From a virus (Duplodnaviria > Caudoviricetes), in IMG/VR virus record IMGVR_UViG_3300033463_000045, positions 32,001 through 96,000 of that record: a stretch of 64,000 nucleotides of DNA. One strand, written 5' to 3'. The notes beneath the pieces were generated by a model. That model did no database searches. It had not been told where the DNA came from and worked only from the letters and a program-made list of their open reading frames with translations. Numbering within the stretch: the first letter of the stretch is position 1; every line of letters starts with the position of its first letter. A program made the position numbers and the translations under genes. Below, piece after piece: positions 20,079 through 29,670 of this stretch.

Positions 20079-20324
20079 ATGATTATTATGGGTAAAAGTA
20101 AAGGTAAAGGTAATAGAGCAGATGGTTCAGCACAATATTCTATTACTGCTAAAAATTTAGCTAGAAAAGGAAAGACAAATAAAAAATTAAAATTAAATCC
20201 TTTAGCTAGTAAATATGAAACTACAGAAAATAATAAATTAAAAGAACAAGCATTAGAAATGATAAAGAAACATCCAAAAGGAACTGGCTATAAATATAGA
20301 AAAAATAATAAAGTTGAGAAGTAG
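20079..20324 (+). CDS. Small basic protein
   Basis: Lys-rich ORF. Confidence 0.6.
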   Translation: MIIMGKSKGKGNRADGSAQYSITAKNLARKGKTNKKLKLNPLASKYETTENNKLKEQALEMIKKHPKGTGYKYRKNNKVEK

Positions 20325-20335
20325 CGAGGTGTACT

Positions 20336-20674
20336 ATGGGTAATTCTAAGTATAGATATTATAAATATAATAAACTTCGTAAATATAATACAATATTAGA
20401 AGATAATAAAAATTTAAAAGAAAATCTAGACATTGCAGAATCTTTGTATAAACACGAGTTATTAAGATTAGAATTAGAAATATTATCTTATCATGATGAT
20501 ATAGAAAGTGTTCAAGAGTTAATAGATATATATTCAAATGAACAACATGAATTAATATATTATGAGAAGACCCATTCTTTATTAATTAGAGGAAGTATGA
20601 GAGTAGATGTATTTCATAAATTTATATTAGACTCTAGAAAATTTAATTTTACAAATATTACATTAGAGGGATAG
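20336..20674 (+). CDS. Hypothetical protein
   Basis: SD GAGGTG. Confidence 0.65.
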   Translation: MGNSKYRYYKYNKLRKYNTILEDNKNLKENLDIAESLYKHELLRLELEILSYHDDIESVQELIDIYSNEQHELIYYEKTHSLLIRGSMRVDVFHKFILDSRKFNFTNITLEG

Positions 20675-20675
20675 C

Positions 20676-21227
20676 ATGACAGATATAGAGATAAAGAAAT
20701 ATTTAGCGAAAGAATTAACCAAAGAAAATGTATTTAAAAATAAGACAACTTTATTAATAGGAAATGCAAGTAGATTATTCAAATCTATTTATAGTGGTGA
20801 TATAATAAGTATTAATACAGCAGAAGAGATAAAAGAATTTATAAATGAATATAATATACAATCAGATAGACCATTAGTATTTGAAGACATATCATTAATG
20901 CAACAAAATGTTCAATCATATTTATTAAAGTTTATAGAAGATTTTCCGAGACCATTAATAGTATTAGCTAGTTTAGATAATATATCACCAATAATATTAA
21001 GTAGATTTAAAAGAATAATAAAGATACCTATTGAATATAAATATTCAAATGTAAGTTTAGATAAATTCTTAGAAGAGCATCAAAATGAATTAAAATCTAA
21101 TTATATTTTACCAGAATTAAAGACTGAGAGTTTATTATATTGTCCAGAATATTATTATAAATATATAAAATTAAATTTATCTAATCATGATAATAAAAAT
21201 AGAAATCAATTAATAAAATTTATGTAA
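20676..21227 (+). CDS. Clamp-loader delta'-like (HolB-like) subunit, degenerate AAA+
   Basis: VQSYLLKFIED...ISPIILSRF matches the NALLKxLEE...TIxSRC pattern. Confidence 0.65.
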   Translation: MTDIEIKKYLAKELTKENVFKNKTTLLIGNASRLFKSIYSGDIISINTAEEIKEFINEYNIQSDRPLVFEDISLMQQNVQSYLLKFIEDFPRPLIVLASLDNISPIILSRFKRIIKIPIEYKYSNVSLDKFLEEHQNELKSNYILPELKTESLLYCPEYYYKYIKLNLSNHDNKNRNQLIKFM

Positions 21228-21253
21228 TAATATAGTAAAGGAGGTTAAATAAC

Positions 21254-21508
21254 ATGATTTTAGGTAGAAAAGATAAAGAACATGTAAGATTATTAGAAGA
21301 AGAAAATGATATATTAAAATATAATCAAGACCATGATGCTGTTAATTTCTTAAATTATTTACATGATGAATTAGGTATAACTTATGCAAAAATCTCTTCT
21401 ACATTAGGAGTATCACAGCAATATATTAATAGCATATGTATTAGAAAAACTAAAGTAAGAAATGAATCTTTATATAAAATAATGGCAAAATTATTTAAAA
21501 AAGACTAA
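21254..21508 (+). CDS. HTH protein
   Basis: ITYAKISSTLGVSQQYINSI. Confidence 0.65.
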   Translation: MILGRKDKEHVRLLEEENDILKYNQDHDAVNFLNYLHDELGITYAKISSTLGVSQQYINSICIRKTKVRNESLYKIMAKLFKKD

Positions 21509-21556
21509 AAATTTAATAAAAACTGTAAATTTCCCGGAAAAAAGTGAAAGAAAATG

Positions 21557-21585
21557 TGTACATTTATGGCAAAATATGGTATAAT
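21557..21585 (+). promoter_or_regulatory. Host sigmaA-like (early) promoter
   Basis: TGTACA-17 nt-TATAAT with extended TG; near copy at 27956. Confidence 0.7.
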
Positions 21586-21645
21586 ATAATCAGATAATTA
21601 AAATTATTATCTGATTTTTTAATCAAAGGAAAGAAGGAATTAAAT

Positions 21646-22914
21646 ATGGACTTTAAAGAAATTTTAAAAGATGCCATAAAAAACAACACAAAAATAATTG
21701 TAACAGGAAAATCTGGTTATGGAAAATCAGAAATGGTTAAGCAAGTAGCTGAAGAACTTGGCTACGAACTAATCGATTTCAGATTATCAGAAATATTACC
21801 AGAAGATTTAGTAGGTATTCCAAAATTAAGAGATGACTACTATGAATATGTACCACCTAAATGGTTGTATGAAGTAAAAGAAAATCCAGATAAGAAATAT
21901 TTACTATTCTTAGATGAAATTACTCAAGGAACCCCTGAAGTTTTAAATATTTGTTATAAAATATTTGATAAGGTTACTAAAGTAGGTAATTATGAATTGC
22001 CAAATGTAGCAGTTGTAGGAGCAACAAATTATTCAGACGAATCAAATTATTTAAATGATTTACCAATACCACTTAAGAATAGAGCATGTAATATTGAGTT
22101 AAATCATTCAAGTAAAATATATATTGATTATCTAATGAATAAATATAAAGATAACTTCTCAGAAGCTCAAAAGAAAACAAAGAATGAATTAAAAGAATTA
22201 TTAAAACAAATAATAGAAGATTCTAATCCAAGAAGTGTAGATAAAGCAATAGAATTAATTAATAATAATTGTTGTAAAGACATAGTTATTCCATATATTG
22301 GTTATAATAACTATTCAGCATTAAGAGGTTACTTATTAAATACAGCATCAGATATTTCAACATTATCTGGATTAGAAAAAGCAGAAATAGATTTAGCAAA
22401 TGGTTTTACAATAGTTCATGGTAAAAGATTTAATATTGATGAACCTGTAGATTTACAAGCTAAATATGAATTAACAGATGAAGAATATGAAATAGTATAT
22501 AATAAATTCTATTCAGATTATACTAATAAAGGTGATAATAAAACAGATGTATTATATAATATATTAAAATATTCAGATATTCCAATTAAAAAAGATGCAT
22601 TTAATAAGATATTAAGTAAAACAACAATGTTAGACTTAAATAAATATATGAAGATAATGAACTTACAACCTAAAGATACGGAATTAACAAATGCAGCAAT
22701 AGACCAAATAGAAGTCATTTGTGAAAAACTACAATATACTAAAAAAGACTTCTTCGAAAAGATTGGTTCAAATATTCAATATGTATCTATTGCATTATTA
22801 GATAAGTATAATGAAAGTATAAATTGGGAATTATATGCAGATTTATATAAAGCAAATAGAATAGGACAAGCTAAATATGATGCATTAAGTAAATATTTTA
22901 AACAATATATTTAG
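21646..22914 (+). CDS. MoxR-like AAA+ ATPase
   Basis: GKSGYGKS, EDLVGIP, LFLDE, GATN, LKNR, NPRS. Confidence 0.85.
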   Translation: MDFKEILKDAIKNNTKIIVTGKSGYGKSEMVKQVAEELGYELIDFRLSEILPEDLVGIPKLRDDYYEYVPPKWLYEVKENPDKKYLLFLDEITQGTPEVLNICYKIFDKVTKVGNYELPNVAVVGATNYSDESNYLNDLPIPLKNRACNIELNHSSKIYIDYLMNKYKDNFSEAQKKTKNELKELLKQIIEDSNPRSVDKAIELINNNCCKDIVIPYIGYNNYSALRGYLLNTASDISTLSGLEKAEIDLANGFTIVHGKRFNIDEPVDLQAKYELTDEEYEIVYNKFYSDYTNKGDNKTDVLYNILKYSDIPIKKDAFNKILSKTTMLDLNKYMKIMNLQPKDTELTNAAIDQIEVICEKLQYTKKDFFEKIGSNIQYVSIALLDKYNESINWELYADLYKANRIGQAKYDALSKYFKQYI

Positions 22915-22928
22915 AAAGGAAGATATAA

Positions 22929-24161
22929 ATGTTACTATTTGAAAAAAGATTTAATTTATTACAATATGCAGCAGATAAAAAATTACCGAAGGTATATGAT
23001 TTATTAAACGTAATAAAAAATGATAATTCAATTCAAGTTGCAGCAACTGATGGTACAACAGTATATGTTAATATAGATGAATTTAATAAAAGAGATGTTG
23101 AGTCAGAGTTCTTTATATTATGTCATGAATTATTACATATATTATATCATCATTTAGATAAAGACTATTATCCAGAAGATATATATCAAAATAAAGAATT
23201 ATTGAATATGTGTCAAGACGTAGTAATAAATGAATTTTTAGTACAAAGATTACTTTATAAAGAACCTAATGGTTTATATTTAGATAACATAGCTGAAGCA
23301 TTATATGCTAGAGGACTTAGACATACACCATATCTTAGCTTTGGTGGAGGACAATTAACAACAAAATATTTATATAATTATTTATTAGGAAGATATGATG
23401 AAGATAGTCTAGAACAAATGATGCAAGATATTGGTTATAATAGTGAAGATGATAGACTTCAAGATGATAGACTTCAAGATGAAGGTAATCATCAACAAGG
23501 AACAAAACAAGCAATTGATAATGTTATTAATCAATTAACAAAAGCATTAAAAATTAATCCTAAAATGTTATTAGAAGAAAATATAGATAAACAAGCAGGA
23601 AAAAGTAATGAATATTCAGGAATGGTTAGTTCAAGAGCAGAAGTAAATATTATATCAACAACAGAAATGGTTAATTATATTAATTCATTTATAGGAACTA
23701 ATGCTATTGAAAAAGGAAGAAATAGAACATATAGCAGACCATCAAGAAGAATTAATTTATCAAATGATATGGTAGCAGCTGGTTATAAGCGTTATAAGAA
23801 TATTAAAAAAATATCAATATATTTAGATGTTTCAGGAAGTATGGACGACTCATTAGTTACAACATTATATAAAACATTAAAACTATTATATAATAAAGTT
23901 GAATTTGATTTTTATACATTTAATGGACAAATAGCTAAAATAGATATTAAGAATACTCAAGAAATAGAAGTAAGCGGTGGAACTGATATAACTAATGTAT
24001 TAAATAATATCGAAAAAGAAAAACAAGATGTAGCAATAATGATTACAGATTGCGAAGATTACTTTTCATTAGATAACGTTAAATCAAATTTAATGATATA
24101 TACAAATAACTTTTCAGTTAAGAATAATAATCCATTAGTAAAGCTAACATATTTTCAATAA
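22929..24161 (+). CDS. HExxH metallopeptidase-like plus VWA domain protein (MoxR partner)
   Basis: AATDG, HELLH, D-x-x-IN; MIDAS DVSGSM, GGT, ITD. Confidence 0.85.
   Translation: MLLFEKRFNLLQYAADKKLPKVYDLLNVIKNDNSIQVAATDGTTVYVNIDEFNKRDVESEFFILCHELLHILYHHLDKDYYPEDIYQNKELLNMCQDVVINEFLVQRLLYKEPNGLYLDNIAEALYARGLRHTPYLSFGGGQLTTKYLYNYLLGRYDEDSLEQMMQDIGYNSEDDRLQDDRLQDEGNHQQGTKQAIDNVINQLTKALKINPKMLLEENIDKQAGKSNEYSGMVSSRAEVNIISTTEMVNYINSFIGTNAIEKGRNRTYSRPSRRINLSNDMVAAGYKRYKNIKKISIYLDVSGSMDDSLVTTLYKTLKLLYNKVEFDFYTFNGQIAKIDIKNTQEIEVSGGTDITNVLNNIEKEKQDVAIMITDCEDYFSLDNVKSNLMIYTNNFSVKNNNPLVKLTYFQ
23448..23482 (+). repeat. 15-bp in-frame tandem duplication (DDRLQ x2)
   Basis: GATGATAGACTTCAA twice, then GATGA. 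Confidence 0.85.
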
Positions 24162-24176
24162 TTAATATGTTAGCTT

Positions 24177-24191
24177 TTCATATTATATAAT
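24177..24191 (+). promoter_or_regulatory. Class-1 motif variant, preceded by hairpin AGCTAACATATT...AATATGTTAGCT
   Basis: TTCATATTATATAAT. Confidence 0.7.
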
Positions 24192-24214
24192 AAGAAAGAA
24201 GGTGACTTAATAAT

Positions 24215-24418
24215 ATGGAAGATTATGATTATGTTGAAGAAAATATAAGAGCAATAGATTTATCAGATGATGAGTTAAAACAAGCATATAAATACTATAA
24301 ATATTGGTATGATTATATGAGAGAATTTAAAGTTAAATCATTAAGTGAAGAAGAAATAGATTGGTATAATGAATTAAAGAATGAAATGTTTAATAGACAA
24401 TTAAAATTAGATGATTAG
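24215..24418 (+). CDS. Hypothetical protein
   Basis: SD plus motif. Confidence 0.65.
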   Translation: MEDYDYVEENIRAIDLSDDELKQAYKYYKYWYDYMREFKVKSLSEEEIDWYNELKNEMFNRQLKLDD

Positions 24419-24522
24419 ATATATATTAGAGATATGATAATAATAAAATAATATAAATATATGTTAATATTAAAACATATACCAGAGTGTCTCAGAATGC
24501 ATAAGAAAGGATGTGAATTATT

Positions 24523-25755
24523 ATAAAATTAAATGAATTAAAAGATAAATGTAATCAATTAAAAATTATTCCACAACCAACAAGAAAAAGAAGAAATCCT
24601 GATAGATTAGAAGTTTGCGCTGATGATTGTATAAGAGCAATTCAAAGATATAGTATAGACCAAAAGAAATCTTATGGTCTATATGACTTTAATTTAGAAG
24701 CATTAATTGGTATTAAATCACCAATGTTAGCATTATTAATTAAGCATCAACCTGAAGATGTTCAAAAAGAAATATGGAATGATAATAATTATAATTGGAG
24801 ATTTGAAAAGAAATATAATGGCGTAAGATGTTTTATTTCATATAATAATGAATTGAAAAAGATTTTTATATATGGAAGAGAACTAGATAATGATACATTA
24901 TTGCCAAAAGATTATACAAATAGATTTCAAAAAATAGCATCTGATGTTTTTGATTTATTTCAAGCTGGATTAGTTGGTTATAGTTTTGTTATAGATTGCG
25001 AATTAACTATTAACGATTATTCAAAAGATATAATAGAAGATATATTAAATGACCCATATAAAGATATGGAAGCATTTAAATATGAATTTAATGCCTTTGA
25101 TATATTTTCTACATTAAGAGATGGAACAATTTATAGTTTAGCAAGATTATCTGAAAGAATAAATTTATTAGAAAAAACAATGCAACGTCTTACTCCATAT
25201 AATTTACCAATATATTTAGTAATGTCAAAACCCGATAATGTGTCAAAAGAAGATTTTTATAAATCAATAATTCGTAGTGGTGGAGAAGGAGTTATTGCTA
25301 AAGATTTAAATTCATCTTATGATTTTCGTGGTAAAAGAAATGGTGATTGGACTAAAATTAAAAGATTAAATTATGAAGGAGTTGAAAATTTAAATGCAGA
25401 TACTTACGATTTATTTGTATCTGATTGTATTATCACTGATAATATGGTTAGCGGTTTAGAATTAAGTAGTTATTTAGTTAATGATAATAATGATTTTATA
25501 TATGATAGATTTAATAATCAAATTCCAATAACATTAGGAATATTATATGACTTATTACCAGAAACTAAAAAGTTATTAACATTATATGATAATAATGGAA
25601 AGCCATATATAAATCCAAGATTTTTAGATATTGTTGTAGAAGTAAGGTCTACAGGATTTGATGATTATGTTAATCAATTACAAAATTTAAAATTTGTATG
25701 TTGGAGACTAGATAAAAATTCAAGAGATTGTAAATTTAATAAAGATAAAATATAA
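24523..25755 (+). CDS. lig: ATP-dependent DNA ligase (probable non-ATG start upstream of 24724)
   Basis: Motif I EKKYNGVR, DCE, FDI, EGVIAK, WTKIK, WRLDK; frame open from 24517 behind SD AAAGGATGTGA. Confidence 0.82.
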   Translation: MKLNELKDKCNQLKIIPQPTRKRRNPDRLEVCADDCIRAIQRYSIDQKKSYGLYDFNLEALIGIKSPMLALLIKHQPEDVQKEIWNDNNYNWRFEKKYNGVRCFISYNNELKKIFIYGRELDNDTLLPKDYTNRFQKIASDVFDLFQAGLVGYSFVIDCELTINDYSKDIIEDILNDPYKDMEAFKYEFNAFDIFSTLRDGTIYSLARLSERINLLEKTMQRLTPYNLPIYLVMSKPDNVSKEDFYKSIIRSGGEGVIAKDLNSSYDFRGKRNGDWTKIKRLNYEGVENLNADTYDLFVSDCIITDNMVSGLELSSYLVNDNNDFIYDRFNNQIPITLGILYDLLPETKKLLTLYDNNGKPYINPRFLDIVVEVRSTGFDDYVNQLQNLKFVCWRLDKNSRDCKFNKDKI

Positions 25756-25768
25756 AGGAGGAGATAGC

Positions 25769-26116
25769 ATGTATAATTTAAAGTTACTTAGAAATATTAA
25801 AGATAGTAGTGAATTATCGTTTTTTAAATATTTTCCTTATAATTTATGTAGAGAATTATCTCTTTGTGGATTTATTGATTATCATATTATAAATGATAAT
25901 AAAAATCTTAAAAACGATTTAATTGAAATAATAAATGAATTACCAGAAATAGAAAAAAGAATTATAGAATTAAGATATGGCGTTAATGATAATAAACTAA
26001 TAACACAGAAAGAAATAATAAATGAATTGCATCTTACTAAAAAATGTTGCGACAATTTTAATTATCATATATTTAAAGCATTTAGACAAATAGCAAATAA
26101 ATTAAATAAAATATAA
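25769..26116 (+). CDS. Sigma70 region-4-like HTH protein
   Basis: LPEIEKRIIELRYG...TQKEI. Confidence 0.7.
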   Translation: MYNLKLLRNIKDSSELSFFKYFPYNLCRELSLCGFIDYHIINDNKNLKNDLIEIINELPEIEKRIIELRYGVNDNKLITQKEIINELHLTKKCCDNFNYHIFKAFRQIANKLNKI

Positions 26117-26128
26117 GGAGGAATAGAT

Positions 26129-26371
26129 ATGGAAGAAAAAGTAACATTTACAACATCAATAGATAAATGTGGTAGATTTGTAATACCAACAAAAGTTCTT
26201 AAGACATTGTCTTGGGACAAAGGAATATTAGCATTTGGAGAAGTTAATGAAGATTATATCATTATTAAAAGTTTAGGTGAACAAGTAAAGTGTAATAAAT
26301 GTAATAAAAAATATAATTCTCAATATAATTATTGTCCAATATGTGGAGAAGTATTAAAAATTAATAAATAA
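26129..26371 (+). CDS. AbrB/SpoVT-like regulator with zinc ribbon
   Basis: IDKCGRFVIP; CNKC...CPICG. Confidence 0.75.
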   Translation: MEEKVTFTTSIDKCGRFVIPTKVLKTLSWDKGILAFGEVNEDYIIIKSLGEQVKCNKCNKKYNSQYNYCPICGEVLKINK

Positions 26372-26490
26372 TTGACACCCAGAGGCATTGAAATATAGTT
26401 AGATTAATAATTATATTACTCAAAGTAATATAACAAATCATTTTATATATATTTTCTCTAATAATAAAAAGAAATAAGAGGAGAATATAT

Positions 26491-26709
26491 ATGAGAAAAG
26501 AAAGTTTAAGATTATTTTCAGAAATTATTATATCTATGTTAGCAATAGATAGTTTAAATAAAGACCAATTATTAATATTAAAAAATAAAATAGAGGAGTT
26601 AAAAAAGATACCTCAAGATGATAGACTTGAATTAATGATAAATTGTTATCATTTATTTGATGAAAATAAATATGAAGATAATATTGATATTTTATCAGGT
26701 AGAAAATAA
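26491..26709 (+). CDS. Hypothetical protein
   Basis: SD GAGGAG. Confidence 0.6.
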   Translation: MRKESLRLFSEIIISMLAIDSLNKDQLLILKNKIEELKKIPQDDRLELMINCYHLFDENKYEDNIDILSGRK

Positions 26710-26729
26710 ATATAAAGGAGATGATATAG

Positions 26730-27353
26730 ATGGACTCTAATCAATTTAAAAATATCTATATTGGAATAGACCCATCTTTAAGTGGTTTTGGAATTTCAAT
26801 AATAGACACAAATAATAAACAAATTATATTAGATGAATTTAAAGCAGATAATCATCATAATTTTATATTAATGTGTTGGTCTATTTCGAATTTATATAAT
26901 AATATATTTGAAAAATATAAAAATTATATTGATAAAGAAACAAATATAGCACAAGAATTACCTATTTCATCTGGAATTAATTCTGGCAAGTTAAATGCAT
27001 TAGGCATGCATTTTTATAATGAATTAGGAAAATATAGTAAATATACAAATATATATTGTTATCATCCAATTAAGTTAAAAGTATTTCATCATAAAAGAAA
27101 ATATGATAAGAAAGATACAATAAGAGTTATTGAAGATATATTAGAGATATTTAAGAAGAATAATTATAATATTGATATAAGATATTCAAGAACAAAAAAG
27201 AATTTAAATATTACTAATAATGAAGCAGATTCTTTTATGTATGCAATAAGATTATATATGAATAAGAATGATGACATAATAACTAAAGAGATATTAGATA
27301 AATACCCAAGATTTGAAAAGATAGTTTCTTTAAATGAGGAATTAGGAATGTAA
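26730..27353 (+). CDS. ruvC: RuvC-like Holliday junction resolvase
   Basis: IGIDPSLSGFG, AQE, HPIKLK, NEADS. Confidence 0.8.
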   Translation: MDSNQFKNIYIGIDPSLSGFGISIIDTNNKQIILDEFKADNHHNFILMCWSISNLYNNIFEKYKNYIDKETNIAQELPISSGINSGKLNALGMHFYNELGKYSKYTNIYCYHPIKLKVFHHKRKYDKKDTIRVIEDILEIFKKNNYNIDIRYSRTKKNLNITNNEADSFMYAIRLYMNKNDDIITKEILDKYPRFEKIVSLNEELGM

Positions 27354-27354
27354 T

Positions 27355-27882
27355 ATGCAAAATAATACTCGAAAAAGTAAAATGACTCAACATGTAATTA
27401 AAAGAACTAGAGAAAGAGCAGACTTAAATGGTAAGTCAGCAAATACTTTAGTTAAAGAAACAATGCAATACGGGTTATCTCCAGGAGATTTTGTAGGAGA
27501 TTTCTATTCATATTTGCATTATATAAAAGGTAAAAAATATAAATCAATTGGGATTAGAGTATTTGATAATAATATATTAGTATATAATAAGAAAAGTAGA
27601 AAAGCAATAACACTTTATCAAGTTCCAGAAAAGTTCTTACCAATAGAGCAATATAGAATATCTAAAGCAAATGAAAAATTAAATGAATTGACAAAGACTA
27701 TTAAAAAATTATTTAAAGATAAAGTAGATATAGAATTACAGATTTTAGTAGATAAACCAAAAGACTTTGTTGCTGGATTAGTTATTAATAATGTATTTCA
27801 ATGTTTTGGTAAAGGAAAAACAAGATTTGAGGCTGAAGAGAATGCAGTTCAATTATATTTAGACAAATTATATAAGAAATAA
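27355..27882 (+). CDS. Two-domain protein: HxxxRxxER RNase-like domain plus dsRBD-like C-terminus
   Basis: TQHVIKRTRER...KAITLY; FGKGKTRFEAEENAVQLYL. Confidence 0.5.
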   Translation: MQNNTRKSKMTQHVIKRTRERADLNGKSANTLVKETMQYGLSPGDFVGDFYSYLHYIKGKKYKSIGIRVFDNNILVYNKKSRKAITLYQVPEKFLPIEQYRISKANEKLNELTKTIKKLFKDKVDIELQILVDKPKDFVAGLVINNVFQCFGKGKTRFEAEENAVQLYLDKLYKK

Positions 27883-27955
27883 TGCATTCAGAGGCATTGA
27901 GATATAATAATATTAATAATTATATTATTTAATTTATATAAACTATAAGAAAAGA

Positions 27956-27984
27956 TGTACATTTGTGGTATTTTATGGTATAAT
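27956..27984 (+). promoter_or_regulatory. Host sigmaA-like (early) promoter
   Basis: TGTACA-17 nt-TATAAT, extended TG. Confidence 0.7.
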
Positions 27985-28017
27985 ATAATTATATAAATTA
28001 TATTAAAGGAGGAAATT

Positions 28018-28260
28018 ATGGAATTTGGTGGACATAAAATAATAGGAAATGATTATTATTCTATAAGAGGAAATATTATTGAATTAAATAATATAGACAC
28101 AATAATACCAGAATATCATAATAATCATAGAAGTATATATCTTAAAGTTATTAAAAAGAATAAAGGCAAGACTATAATTAAAATGCAAAATAAACAAGAA
28201 TATAATTATACAATTAAAGCAATTAATATACTTACAGATTTAAAATTAGAAGAAATATAA
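28018..28260 (+). CDS. Hypothetical protein
   Basis: SD AAGGAGG. Confidence 0.65.
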   Translation: MEFGGHKIIGNDYYSIRGNIIELNNIDTIIPEYHNNHRSIYLKVIKKNKGKTIIKMQNKQEYNYTIKAINILTDLKLEEI

Positions 28261-28289
28261 TTTTATTTAGTAGATTGGAGGCGACTTAA

Positions 28290-28625
28290 ATGAAATTTGA
28301 TGAAAGTAGAATTATAACAGATGAAACTGGTTATAATTATGTAAGAGTAACCCCACAAGAAATATTAAATTGGGGAGGTTATTGTATTTGCAATGGTTGC
28401 AATAAACAATTTTTAGATGAAGATATGAATCTCTTCTTTGGTTGCACAGATACTTATTGTGATACTTGTTTTGATAGAATGAAACAAAGATGGAAAACAT
28501 ATTCTAAAGAGGATATAGAATATGATATAGCTATTCAAAAAGAAGAATCACTAAATTGGTATAAATATCATTTAGATGATGAATATAGGGAAATGATAAA
28601 TAATCAATTTAATAATGATTACTAA
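28290..28625 (+). CDS. Zinc-finger protein
   Basis: CNGC...CDTC. Confidence 0.7.
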   Translation: MKFDESRIITDETGYNYVRVTPQEILNWGGYCICNGCNKQFLDEDMNLFFGCTDTYCDTCFDRMKQRWKTYSKEDIEYDIAIQKEESLNWYKYHLDDEYREMINNQFNNDY

Positions 28626-28631
28626 GAGGAG

Positions 28632-28907
28632 GTGAAATATATGGAACATGTAACTAGAAATAAAAATGATATGATGAAAGATGTTGTCATTAATTATAGA
28701 GGTTGTGGTCATCATGAATATTATGGAATGTTAGTTTGGAGAGATGGTTTACAATATTGTAGAAGATGCATTCATCAAATTTGGGTTAAAGAAAATCCAA
28801 ATGGTTGGAAACCTGGTCCTGATGAAAAATATTTTCCATTATATGAAGATGGCATAAATTATTATGAACAAGATTTAAAGAAAGGAGAAGATAGCGTATA
28901 TGAATAA
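28632..28907 (+). CDS. Cys-containing hypothetical protein
   Basis: GCG...CRRC. Confidence 0.65.
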   Translation: MKYMEHVTRNKNDMMKDVVINYRGCGHHEYYGMLVWRDGLQYCRRCIHQIWVKENPNGWKPGPDEKYFPLYEDGINYYEQDLKKGEDSVYE

Positions 28908-29202
28908 ACTAGAAAATCCACTATTAGCAGAAATTGATATTAGTGTAACTCATCAAGGTATTGGTGGTAAGACCATAGTAATAGAAAGAGAAGGTACTAT
29001 TTCTTGGGTATTAGATGTACCATTTGATGAGATGACTATAGGATTATCAAACTTTATTAATAGATATAGTATAATGTCTATGCCAGAAGAAACTAAAGTA
29101 TATTATGGTCATGTTGGAAATCTCGGATATTTTGTAGCTGAAAATGAATTACATAATTTAAGAGAATCTACATTGTCTGAAGCATATGAATATTTACAAT
29201 AA
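28900..29202 (+). CDS. Hypothetical protein
   Basis: SD AAGGAG. Confidence 0.65.
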   Translation: MNKLENPLLAEIDISVTHQGIGGKTIVIEREGTISWVLDVPFDEMTIGLSNFINRYSIMSMPEETKVYYGHVGNLGYFVAENELHNLRESTLSEAYEYLQ

Positions 29203-29209
29203 GATTAAT

Positions 29210-29224
29210 TACATAATATATAAT
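29210..29224 (+). promoter_or_regulatory. Class-1 motif variant
   Basis: TACATAATATATAAT. Confidence 0.7.
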
Positions 29225-29241
29225 AGATTGGAGGAATTAAT

Positions 29242-29655
29242 ATGTATAAAGAGATAAAATCTAATTTAAAAGAAACACTAAATTTAGATGAATGTGAAAT
29301 ACTTAATGAAATGGCAACCATTGGACAAGATAATAATGGTTATGTTTATATGATATATAAAAAAGAAGGAGTAATACCTCATTTTCATATATTAAAAGAT
29401 AATAAAACAATTCAATGTATTAGAATAGATAAACCATATTACTTTAGTCATAATGGTAAATACAGTTATAAATTAAATAGTAAAGAAAGAAAAGAATTAG
29501 TATCATTTTTAAATAGATTACATTTCTCTAAGAGACCAAATAATACTATGACTAACTGGGAATTTTTATTAAGTCAGTGGAATATTGAAAATAATACAGA
29601 TATAAATGAAGATTTAGTTATACCTGATTATACTAAATTAAAAATGGATAAATAG
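29242..29655 (+). CDS. Putative capsid-targeted protein with PHFH motif
   Basis: Leader MYKEIKSNLKE...ILNE|MA resembles the MNLY family; EGVIPHFHI. Confidence 0.55.
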   Translation: MYKEIKSNLKETLNLDECEILNEMATIGQDNNGYVYMIYKKEGVIPHFHILKDNKTIQCIRIDKPYYFSHNGKYSYKLNSKERKELVSFLNRLHFSKRPNNTMTNWEFLLSQWNIENNTDINEDLVIPDYTKLKMDK

Positions 29656-29670
29656 AAAGAAGGAAATAAA

